A DNA stretch of 64,000 nucleotides from a bacterium (lineage in GTDB: Bacteria; RBG-13-61-14; DATKZS01), in NCBI GenBank assembly GCA_963674965.2, contig CAXXFL010000006.1, positions 224,001-288,000 of the forward strand, given 5' to 3'. Below the pieces are notes generated by a model, which did no database searches, was not told the origin of the DNA, and saw only the letters and a program-made list of their open reading frames with translations. How positions within the stretch are numbered: position 1 is the stretch's first letter; every line of letters starts with the position of its first letter. The position numbers and the translations under genes were made by a program. Positions 10,320 to 19,137 of the stretch are shown in pieces.

Positions 10320-10733
10320 ATGGATAACGCGACTCAGGATAAATTGAAAGCCAGAATGGACGAGGACCCCTACGCCAAAAAACTGGGCATGCAACTGGTC
10401 GAGCTCAGACCCGGCTACGCCAGGGTCAAGATGCGGGCCTCGAGCGACGTGCACAACTTTTTGGGTTTCGTGCATGGCGGCGTCATCTTCTCGCTCCTCG
10501 ATTACGCCTTCTCCGCCGCCAGCAACTCCCACGACGAAAGCGCCGTGGCCATCAGCATGAGCGTCCAATTTATCAACGCGCCCGAGCCGGAGGGAGAGCT
10601 TACGGCCGAGGCCCGCGAGATAAGCAAAAGCCGCAAGCTGGCCCTCTACGAGATGACCGTCTCCGGCGAGGACGGCGGACTCGTCTGCCGCAGCGACGGC
10701 CGCGTGTACAGGATAGGCAAGCGGATAACCTAG
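10320..10733 (+). CDS. PaaI-family hotdog thioesterase
   Basis: HNFLGFVHGGVIFSLLD motif; start chosen after AGAGGA (alternative ATG at 10314). Confidence 0.85.
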   Translation: MDNATQDKLKARMDEDPYAKKLGMQLVELRPGYARVKMRASSDVHNFLGFVHGGVIFSLLDYAFSAASNSHDESAVAISMSVQFINAPEPEGELTAEAREISKSRKLALYEMTVSGEDGGLVCRSDGRVYRIGKRIT

Positions 10734-10853
10734 GAGGCGGGGGAGTTGATTGCCCGGCAGGGCGGCCCACCCATGTGGTCCGCCAAATCGAGAAACCGGT
10801 AACCCGGATAGCCAGACGGGTTACCCCTGCGGCGGCCGGCCGAGGAGGAAGAG

Positions 10854-11810
10854 ATGGAGAGGCAAAAGGTTTTCATCACTGGAATGGGCGGGTACCTGGC
10901 GGGGGTGCTCTGCCGGGAGTTGGAACGTCTGGACTGGGTCGAGTCCATCCACGGCATGGACGTGAAAAAGCCCCTTTATAAATTCAGACGCGCCGAGTTC
11001 AGGACCATGGATATAAACTCACCCGACCTCGTCTCGTGGGTCCGGGAGCTTCGGCCCGATGTCTTCATCCACCTGGCCTTTATCGTGGACCCGGTCCCGG
11101 ACGAGGACCTCATGCGCCGGGTCAACGTGGAGGGCACGCGAAACGCCCTGGCCGCCGCCGAGGCCTCGGGCGCGGCCAAGGTCATGGTGGCCAGCTCGGG
11201 CACGGCCTACGGGGTATGGCCGGACAACCCGGTACCTCTCAAGGAAACCGACGCCATCCGCGCCCATCCCACCTTTCGCTACGCCAACGACAAGTCTCAG
11301 GTCGAGTCCCTTTGCGCCGAGTGGGGGAAGGCCCATCCCGACGTGATCATGAGCGTCATCCGTCCCTGCGTGGTTTACGGGCCGCTGGTGAACAACTACT
11401 TGTCCAACCTGTTCAACATGGCCGTGGTTACGGTCCTGAAGGATTACAACCCCCCTCTCCAGTTCGTGCATGAGGACGACGTGGCCGGCGCCATTGTGGC
11501 CATCCTCGAGAAGGAGGGGAAAGGCGCCTTTAACGTGGCCCCCTCCGATTACGTCACGGTGAGGGAGTCGGTCGAGATATCGGGGAAGCCGTCCATTTTT
11601 TTGCCCGAGTGGGTGATCGAGCCGCTGGTCAAGCTTAGCTGGAAACTCCAGCTTCCCATACTGAAGGCCCCGCCCAGCTTTCTGGACTTCATGCGGTATC
11701 CGTGGGTGATGTCCAACGAGCGCCTAACGGGTGAGCTTGGATACGAGTTCCGCTATTCCACGCGGGAGACCCTCGAGATAATGCTTCGGGCCAAGGGGAT
11801 AATCGAGTGA
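10854..11810 (+). CDS. NAD-dependent epimerase/dehydratase (extended SDR)
   Basis: ITGMGGYLA Rossmann motif, YANDK (YxxxK), RPCVVYGP, QFVHEDD. Confidence 0.85.
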   Translation: MERQKVFITGMGGYLAGVLCRELERLDWVESIHGMDVKKPLYKFRRAEFRTMDINSPDLVSWVRELRPDVFIHLAFIVDPVPDEDLMRRVNVEGTRNALAAAEASGAAKVMVASSGTAYGVWPDNPVPLKETDAIRAHPTFRYANDKSQVESLCAEWGKAHPDVIMSVIRPCVVYGPLVNNYLSNLFNMAVVTVLKDYNPPLQFVHEDDVAGAIVAILEKEGKGAFNVAPSDYVTVRESVEISGKPSIFLPEWVIEPLVKLSWKLQLPILKAPPSFLDFMRYPWVMSNERLTGELGYEFRYSTRETLEIMLRAKGIIE

Positions 11811-11923
11811 AGACGCGGGCGTCGGCTGATTATAAAAGGGACTTTCATCTTCCATGTCTTCTCCCGCCTTACGGGGTCATGAATTCCATGATAGAATGCC
11901 TTATGCAATACGGGAGGTTATAG

Positions 11924-12610
11924 ATGCCCCTTTTAAGCGTGGTCATTCCGGTGTACAACGAGAAGCGGACCCTCGAGGACGTGCTCCGGCGCGTCGAGGC
12001 CGTGCCCATCGACAAGGAGATCGTCATGGTGGACGACGGCTCGACCGACGGGACCCTGGATATTCTGAGGGGCCTCGAGTCCAGGCCGGGATACAAGGTG
12101 ATCTATCACGCGCGAAACCGGGGAAAGGGCGCGGCCCTGCGCACCGGCTTCGCGGCCTGCACGGGAGACATAGTTATCGTCCAGGACGCGGACCTCGAGT
12201 ATTTCCCCGAGGAGTACCCCGGACTGATCGAGCCGATCGAAAAGGGCTGGTGCGAGGTGGTCTACGGCTCGAGGTTCCTGGGCGGAAAGCACCGCGTGCT
12301 CATGTATCATCACTACCTGGCCAATAAATTATTGACTTTTCTTTCCGACCTGACCACCAACCTGAACCTGACGGACATGGAGACGTGTTACAAGGTGTTC
12401 AAGCGCGAGGTCATCCAGTCGATACCCCTCAAACAGGACAGGTTCGGCTTCGAGCCGGAGATAACGGCCAAGATCGCGAGAAGGAAATACCGGGTCTTCG
12501 AGGTTTCCATCAGCTATAACGGCCGGACCTACGAGGAGGGCAAGAAGATCGGCTACAAGGACGCCTTCCAGGCCCTGTACTGTATTTTCCGCTACGCCTT
12601 TTTCGACTGA
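11924..12610 (+). CDS. GT2 glycosyltransferase (DPM1-like)
   Basis: [45 protein letters not shown]. Confidence 0.9.
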   Translation: MPLLSVVIPVYNEKRTLEDVLRRVEAVPIDKEIVMVDDGSTDGTLDILRGLESRPGYKVIYHARNRGKGAALRTGFAACTGDIVIVQDADLEYFPEEYPGLIEPIEKGWCEVVYGSRFLGGKHRVLMYHHYLANKLLTFLSDLTTNLNLTDMETCYKVFKREVIQSIPLKQDRFGFEPEITAKIARRKYRVFEVSISYNGRTYEEGKKIGYKDAFQALYCIFRYAFFD

Positions 12611-12782
12611 CGCGTTTTACCGTATGACCCTCGTCTAGTACTCTGGAGGTTTTTATTCGCTTCCCGGCGGAGTAGGAAAACCCTGACGGTGCGAGGAAAT
12701 CAGCCCGCGGCTTGCGCCGCCCACGCCGGATGCATGGGCGACCGCGGTCCTCGAGCCGTCTTGCCCTGCGACCCGCGTCGCT

Positions 12783-14285
12783 TCAGGCGCTCCATTCGTC
12801 GCTCGTCTCGACCAGCCTCTGGCCGACCCTGTCCGCCAGGGCCATGATGGTCAGGTAGGGGTTGACGTGGGAACTCTTGGGAAAGAGGCTCGCGTCGGCC
12901 ACGTAAAGCCAGTCCTGGCCGTGCACCTTGCCCCAGCCGTCGGTCACCGAGTCCCTTTCGTCCCTCCCCATCCTGGCGCCGCCCTGCGGGTGGGCCGAGG
13001 AAAGAGGCATCTTGATGGGAATGAAGTTTCGCTTGTCGATGAATTTCTCCAGGTCCTCGTCCGCCACCTCTCCCTTCTTGAAGACCTTCCTGTCCGCGCA
13101 GGGCATGATCGCCTTTTCGCAGCCGGCGGCGAAGAATATCCTCGCGGCCTGGGCCTGGGCGTGACAAAGTGACTCGACCGTTGCCTCGGAAATCTTATAG
13201 TTGAGGACGGGCCTGCCCTTCTTGTCCAGCTCGATCCGGTTAGTGGGAAGGGCCTCGTCGTGGTTGAGGATGATCATGGTCATGAAGCGGTCGTATTGCT
13301 TCATGGTGTTTTTCAGCTCCATGCCCCAGAGCCCGAGGTGCTTGGTGCTCACGAAGGGATAATAAAAGGCCGTCTCGATGTAATGGCCGTGGCTGTCCGA
13401 GAACTTGGGCGTGTAATAGGTCTTGGGAAAACCGCGATAGTTCTTGATCGGCCCCGGATATACGCCGTACACGGTGAGGGCGGGATGGACCGTGAAGTAT
13501 TGGCCCAGCGTCTTGAGGCTCGAGCCGAAGCCCGAGCGAAGCAATATGGCCGGCGTGCCGGGCGAGCCGGCGGCCAGCACCACGCGGCGGGCGCCGATCT
13601 CGACTCCGCCCGCGGGCCACGGGCCGGGCCTCGAGCCGTCCGGCGCCTCGGTCACCCGGGCGTAAACCTTGCCGCCGGCCACTCGCTCGACCTCGCAGTT
13701 GGGGATGATATCTATACCCGCCTCGATCGCCCGCGGAATCTGGACCTCGAGGGTACCCCGTTTGCCGCCGGCGGCGCAGCCCAGGTTGCAGTAGCCGTTC
13801 TGGTCGCAGCCCTTCAGGTTGAGGCGGATGGTCTCGACCGGCCATCCGAGCTTTTCGCAGCCCTCCTTGAAAAGGCGGTTGTTGTCGTTGACCATGTCCT
13901 CGCCGGGCGTGATGACGTTAATGTCCTTCTCGATCCGGTCGAAGCGCGGGGCCAGGTCCGATGAATCCAACTCCGGGACGGCCCAGTCCTCGAGTACCTC
14001 GTCCGGGACCCGGAAGGTCACGCCCGTGTAAACCACCGTGCTGCCGCCGACCGCCTTGCCCGCGGCCAGCGTGATCGAGCCGTTTTTCAGCGGCCAGGCG
14101 CCGCCGTACCAGAAAAGGCCCATCATCTCGAGCTCCCGCTGAGTGAAGTCCTCCTTGGTGAAGTGCGGCCCGGCCTCGAGGACGGCTATCTTCGCGCCCT
14201 TTTTCGCCAGGGGTATAAGACGGTCCGCCACCGCGCCGCCGCCGGCCCCGCTGCCCACCACCACCACGTCGTACTCGCGGGTCAT
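12783..14285 (-). CDS. GMC family oxidoreductase
   Basis: VVVGSGAGGG FAD motif, GKAVGGSTVV, C-x4-C-x2-GC, SAHPQGGARMG, NPYLTIMALA; start overlaps the upstream stop (ATGA). Confidence 0.88.
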   Translation of the reverse strand: MTREYDVVVVGSGAGGGAVADRLIPLAKKGAKIAVLEAGPHFTKEDFTQRELEMMGLFWYGGAWPLKNGSITLAAGKAVGGSTVVYTGVTFRVPDEVLEDWAVPELDSSDLAPRFDRIEKDINVITPGEDMVNDNNRLFKEGCEKLGWPVETIRLNLKGCDQNGYCNLGCAAGGKRGTLEVQIPRAIEAGIDIIPNCEVERVAGGKVYARVTEAPDGSRPGPWPAGGVEIGARRVVLAAGSPGTPAILLRSGFGSSLKTLGQYFTVHPALTVYGVYPGPIKNYRGFPKTYYTPKFSDSHGHYIETAFYYPFVSTKHLGLWGMELKNTMKQYDRFMTMIILNHDEALPTNRIELDKKGRPVLNYKISEATVESLCHAQAQAARIFFAAGCEKAIMPCADRKVFKKGEVADEDLEKFIDKRNFIPIKMPLSSAHPQGGARMGRDERDSVTDGWGKVHGQDWLYVADASLFPKSSHVNPYLTIMALADRVGQRLVETSDEWSA

Positions 14286-14749
14286 TGGGTCACCTCCATT
14301 TCGCCGGAGCAAAGCTTCCTGGCCACCGGGTCCGCGTATTGGCGCTCGGGCAGGAGCGGCCCTCCATAGTTAATGGTTGGCCACACGTCCTCCCTGGTGT
14401 AGTAGCCCATGCACACGTAGCTCTTCAGCCCGAAGAAACCCATGCGCAAAGGAGGGATGGGACAGCTTTCCATCCAACGTAGCTGCCGGTCCTTGGCACC
14501 GTCGCCGTTCATGGTGAAGGGAAGTCCTCCGAAAAATATCCCTAAAACCTCGACCCCCAGAAGAAGGCCGAGAAGCTGTTTCCGAAGAGAGTCGTCGATG
14601 CGGCGCATGGCCCAGTCCACCACCCCGGCCGCGGCCATGGTCCCGCCGCCAGGACAGTCGGGCTCGGGCGGGATGATACGGTCCGCCACGGCCAGGAAAA
14701 CCTTGAGCTTTCGCCCCCGCAGATACTCGAGTCTGTAAACGTCGCTCAT
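14282..14749 (-). CDS. Gluconate-2-dehydrogenase subunit-3-like partner of the GMC oxidoreductase
   Basis: ADRIIP...LKSYVCMGYY...VWPTINYGGP pattern; translationally coupled to the GMC gene. Confidence 0.65.
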   Translation of the reverse strand: MSDVYRLEYLRGRKLKVFLAVADRIIPPEPDCPGGGTMAAAGVVDWAMRRIDDSLRKQLLGLLLGVEVLGIFFGGLPFTMNGDGAKDRQLRWMESCPIPPLRMGFFGLKSYVCMGYYTREDVWPTINYGGPLLPERQYADPVARKLCSGEMEVTQ

Positions 14750-14918
14750 CTTGTAATGCCTCCGAAAAATCTCGTCGCCGACCCTCGCGAGCCGACTCCT
14801 AATCTATCACGCCCGGCTCGATCTAAAAAGAGATAAATCATTCGGCTGACTCGGATCGCCATTTAGCGGCGCGGGACCCGCGCGGTTTCTTCGAAATCGG
14901 AGGTGTCATCCGTCGTTA

Positions 14919-15024
14919 AGTCCCGTAGGGACGGCGGTCTATAGCCCATGGGTGGAGGCCGCGACCGGCGGACGAAACCCTGGGAAAAGATGGTAATAAA
15001 CAGATGAGTCCCGAAGGGACGGCG
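14919..15024 (+). repeat. Stand-alone REP-like element
   Basis: AGTCCCGTAGGGACGGCG (14919-14936) and AGTCCCGAAGGGACGGCG (15007-15024) flank an ATAGCCCATGGG...CCCTGGG hairpin. Confidence 0.6.
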
Positions 15025-15416
15025 CAAATGAAGAAAGGAATTTTGGGCCGCGCTCGATAATATTTCTTCACCTCCTCCCGGGGTCCCGGAAGCTCCCGCG
15101 CCCTCCCGCGGCCATAAGGAGAATAATCAAACCCTCGATAAGCTTTGAGACGCTAAGCCCGTTCGCTACGCTCACCCACGCAAAACGCGTGGGCGACCCT
15201 GATTCGCGCGGCGGCTGGAAATCAGGCCAAGAGCTTCAAGCCGGATAGGTACATCGGCAAGATGGCCAGGAACGGTGGAAAGATGAGGTCGCTCGGAGAG
15301 TCTTCGACGCCCGTACATAGCGGAGCTATGGGATACGTATGGTGGACCTCGCCCCATCCCGCCGCGCGGGACCCCGCTTATTTATCCCGGCGTTGTCGCG
15401 TTTTTTTGGTTGGACG

Positions 15417-17936
15417 TTAACGGCATTCGAGGTTTATGGACTGGTATCTCTCGAGGGTGATCTCGTCCGAGCCCGACGGGAGTTGGCATTTGCTATTTCC
15501 TCCCAACCTGGCGGTCCTTTCCTGTCCGGCCAGGTTCACAAGGCGCGCCGTGAGGGCGCCTCCCGGCGTTGGTTTCAGCGACTCGACTATAATATCCGGG
15601 TTGCTTGTCGTGATGGGCGGCTCGGGCATGGGCCGGTTTGACCCTCCGGCGGCCGCGACGAGGGGCCGAGCGACCTCGAGTCCACGCCGGGAGTTCTCGG
15701 CCGGGTCGTATTCGCGGTGGGGGAAGAGCGCGTAGCGAAATCTCGTCACGCCCGGCTGATCGGCCTTGTAGTTCGTCTCCCAATAATTGTTCATGACGTA
15801 GGAATAGATGGAGCCGTTATGCTCGGTTTGGCGGAGCCATTTTACGCGCGTCGCGTCCGCGGTTATGGCGCCGGCCTCGAAGAGGGGCGCGTCGATAAGC
15901 GTTATCTGCAGTCCATGCCCCGGGCCGGAGACGTCCACCCACCGCAGCGGGGTGAAGTAATTCTTGCACGCCCCGGTTATCTGGTCCTTATCCACCTCGG
16001 CCGCTCCCCAGGCCAGGTCGTAACGAACGGCGGGGCCGTCCGCCTTTACTGGGAAGGCGAAATGGACGCCCTCCTTGGAGCGGACCCGAGGCCGATCCAG
16101 CTCGTTTATGAGATCGATCCTGTCCAGACCCGCGTATATGGCAACCTCGGTTTTGAGGGAGTCGGTCATGGGCGCCCGCCTTTCCACCTCGATCGAGCAG
16201 ACCAGGGGACCGGACTCGAGGACCCGGAACCCGGGCCTTGGGTCCCGCGATTTTCGTTTGCCCAATCTCGGCGAGCGGCCGCGCACGTAGACGTACTCGT
16301 TAAAGCCGTCCTCGAAATCATTGTTGACGTACTCGGTCCCGCTCCTTTTATCCAGTATGCTCGAGACGTTTCCCCGTTCAGTATCTAGGACGACCTTAAA
16401 GTGTTCGTTCTCGAGCCAGTTCTCGCCCACCTTGCACCCGGCCTCATCAGGGGAAGAGGGAGGGCCGTCGGTCAGGAGATAGCGATTCTCCGTAAAGCCA
16501 TCAACATCCCCGGCCATGAAGAAAAGACGTCCGCCGGCAAGCACCTGGGAGGGGACGGGTTTTCCGTCCGAGGTTTCTACCCTGAGGCCCGCGGGGTTGG
16601 GGAGAACGACGGGACCGGAGACGGTCCAGGAATGGGGGTTGATGACCGAGACGCGGTCGCCGGCGCCGTCCGCTTTTAGAATCTCGCCCAACAAATCCTC
16701 GGCCATTTGATCGGCCTCGAGGGCTCGGGTCTTTTTCCAGTCCCATTGGCTTTTGACGAATTTCGCGTCGGGCACGGTGATCGAGTTCCACGCTCCCCAG
16801 GTGTGCTCGTTGAAGAGCATGACCTGATTCCAGGCCTGGTGGAACCTCGCCTCCGGAAAGCCGCCCGGATCGAGCAGGGACCATAGGACCTGGGCCGTCT
16901 CGAGCTTCTCCGCCGCGTTCCTGGCGATAGCCGTTTCCCTGGCGGTGGAGGCGGCCCCGTCCTCCCAGTAGGGAGTGAAGTCCCCCGTGAAAACGGGCAG
17001 TTCCTTTCCGTGCCTCCTCTCGAACTCGGAAAAGGACTCGGACACGGTGGTCAGCCTCACCTGGACCCGGGGATATTTCTCGTTCCACTCGGCTACTACG
17101 CGCGAGATTTCCGGGTCGGGCGGTCCGTTGTCCGCGCCCACGGCGTAGCGGATGGGAAGTATCGAGTAGGGGTAACCTCGCTTATCGAGTTCCCTTAAAT
17201 ACCGGAATAAGCGGCCGGGGGTGAACTTGTTGGGCGGATTCGTCTCGCCCGTCAGCAGGGTGACGGGGGTATGGAACCATGAATAACCCTTGCCGTGAAT
17301 GAAAACCAGCACCCGGTCTTTCCCGGTGGGAGAGGTCCAGTAGAAGGGCTTGTCGCCCCAGTCCTCCAGTACGTGTCCGATCCGGTGGCCGGCGTTGGTC
17401 CCTATCGAGAGATACTTGACGCCGTTTTGGGAAAGGGCCGCGCCCAGGCCCCAGCTCCAGCCGGGAACGTCGGTGATCATGGCCGAGTCGATGGGCTTGC
17501 CGGTCATCAACTCGAGCTCGCCTTTATAGGCCAGGGCGCGATAGAACTCCTCCGGCCGCATAAGACCGGTGAGCATGTTGCTGAACATGGCGTCAAGGCC
17601 GACCGAGCCTTGCCTGACCTGCCGGATGAAGCGGTCCTTTTCGTCCTCGCCGGCTTGATCGAGCCAGGTTTCGATGGCCCAGTTGACCTCGGGGTTCCAG
17701 CGGAAGCGGGCGGGCTCGGGCATGTCGGCCGAGGCGTCGGCCAGGTCCATGGCCGTCTCGAGGTTTCTCCATTGCTTTCGCATGACCTCGTCCTGGGTAT
17801 TGGTATAGCCTATGTCCACGTGAGTGTGATGGATAAGGTGAATCTCCCAATCCCGGCCCGGTTCGGAGGGGCTGCCGTTTCCCGGCGCGAGGCCACAAAA
17901 AGCCAGCGCTATGAGCGCTATGATAGAATTCTTCAT
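15417..17936 (-). CDS. Secreted GH38-family glycoside hydrolase (alpha-mannosidase-like)
   Basis: HHTHVDIGY metal motif, ITDVPGWSW nucleophile region, EHTWG, YVMNNYWETNY; signal peptide from ATG 17936. Confidence 0.8.
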   Translation of the reverse strand: MKNSIIALIALAFCGLAPGNGSPSEPGRDWEIHLIHHTHVDIGYTNTQDEVMRKQWRNLETAMDLADASADMPEPARFRWNPEVNWAIETWLDQAGEDEKDRFIRQVRQGSVGLDAMFSNMLTGLMRPEEFYRALAYKGELELMTGKPIDSAMITDVPGWSWGLGAALSQNGVKYLSIGTNAGHRIGHVLEDWGDKPFYWTSPTGKDRVLVFIHGKGYSWFHTPVTLLTGETNPPNKFTPGRLFRYLRELDKRGYPYSILPIRYAVGADNGPPDPEISRVVAEWNEKYPRVQVRLTTVSESFSEFERRHGKELPVFTGDFTPYWEDGAASTARETAIARNAAEKLETAQVLWSLLDPGGFPEARFHQAWNQVMLFNEHTWGAWNSITVPDAKFVKSQWDWKKTRALEADQMAEDLLGEILKADGAGDRVSVINPHSWTVSGPVVLPNPAGLRVETSDGKPVPSQVLAGGRLFFMAGDVDGFTENRYLLTDGPPSSPDEAGCKVGENWLENEHFKVVLDTERGNVSSILDKRSGTEYVNNDFEDGFNEYVYVRGRSPRLGKRKSRDPRPGFRVLESGPLVCSIEVERRAPMTDSLKTEVAIYAGLDRIDLINELDRPRVRSKEGVHFAFPVKADGPAVRYDLAWGAAEVDKDQITGACKNYFTPLRWVDVSGPGHGLQITLIDAPLFEAGAITADATRVKWLRQTEHNGSIYSYVMNNYWETNYKADQPGVTRFRYALFPHREYDPAENSRRGLEVARPLVAAAGGSNRPMPEPPITTSNPDIIVESLKPTPGGALTARLVNLAGQERTARLGGNSKCQLPSGSDEITLERYQSINLECR

Positions 17937-18115
17937 AGAGAATAAATTAGCATATTGGAGGTGGTCATGGCTAGCGATCGGCTTCGGCCCTGCATTTTTA
18001 CATCGGCCAAAATACATTTTAAATTAAATTATACAATAGCTTAGTAGCGATTTATATATTTACAAACCTGGGCCTGGCATAGGAACGACAAAGTTGATAA
18101 CGTTGAAAAAAAGTC

Positions 18116-18144
18116 TTGAAATAACGATCGATATATTGTATAGT
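18116..18144 (+). promoter_or_regulatory. sigma70-type promoter candidate for 18217 ORF
   Basis: TTGAAA-17 bp-TATAGT in an AT-rich divergent intergenic region. Confidence 0.55.
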
Positions 18145-18216
18145 GCCGCCATGGTATGCAGTTCGGGTTAATCTGTTTTAGACGGACGCCCAAAGGCGCT
18201 TGGGGGAGGACCGCGC

Positions 18217-18771
18217 ATGGAAATGGAAGTAAAAGGGACGCTGATCCTGGATTACGTCAAGTTTGTCAGGGCCAACAAGGACAAGCACTGGGATAAATGG
18301 CTGACGCCCCAGGACTGGGACGTGGTCAATTCTCTTGTCCTGGCCTCGAAATGGTATCCCTTCGAAACCTGGCAGCGCCTGGGCGCGGCCGTGTTCAACG
18401 AGGTGGCGGGCAAGAACTTATCCCTGATCCAGGCTTACGGGCCGGTGGTAATGGGAAACCTCCTCAAGACCTACAAGAACGTCCTTGTTGAGGGCGACCC
18501 CCTGGCCAGCATTGACAAGTTCGAGTCCTTAAGGAGGAATTTCCTCAGGGGTACCGGATCGGACCTTGAAGTGGTAGAGAAATCCGGGCGGAGCGTCAAA
18601 ATCAAGATGCACGTCAACGAGATGGACCGCAAAATAGGAGAGCCAGAAGGGTTTGCCTACGCCGTGTCCGGCAGCGTCCAGGAGTTGGTCAAAAGGGCCG
18701 GCGGCAAGACCCCCACCACAACCATCACCCCCGTGGAGGGCGGATACGAGTTGGTGGTTACCTGGGAATAG
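18217..18771 (+). CDS. Conserved hypothetical protein (possible V4R/HNOB-like ligand-binding fold)
   Basis: Strong SD GGAGGA, host-like codons, VKGT...KWYP pattern; the fold assignment is a guess. Confidence 0.6.
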   Translation: MEMEVKGTLILDYVKFVRANKDKHWDKWLTPQDWDVVNSLVLASKWYPFETWQRLGAAVFNEVAGKNLSLIQAYGPVVMGNLLKTYKNVLVEGDPLASIDKFESLRRNFLRGTGSDLEVVEKSGRSVKIKMHVNEMDRKIGEPEGFAYAVSGSVQELVKRAGGKTPTTTITPVEGGYELVVTWE

Positions 18772-19137
18772 TCTCGCCTTTTCAAAAAAAACGGGCCTGA
18801 GTACTGAATCCGCCTCACCGTTAAGGAATGCCTGAAATTATCCAAAATAGCGCCACAATTTCGGCGCATCTTTTTTATATAACGCGGACGTCATGGCTAA
18901 ATCGATATCTTTTGGTCTTGCCCATCATGTTGGAGGCCTCCTGGAAGTCGAGAAAAACGCCTCGAATACCTCTCCTTTTTATCGCGCTGTTAGTGTATAC
19001 CGGGGCAACCCTTTCCATGAAGTTAGTATTGATCGTCCTGCACACCATAGGGGCCATCAGTCAATATGGGTGCTGAATGGCCCGCTAGGTTTCGGGGAAA
19101 CCGGGCGGGCCGCCATTCCTTTGGGCCTGCGGCTTCA

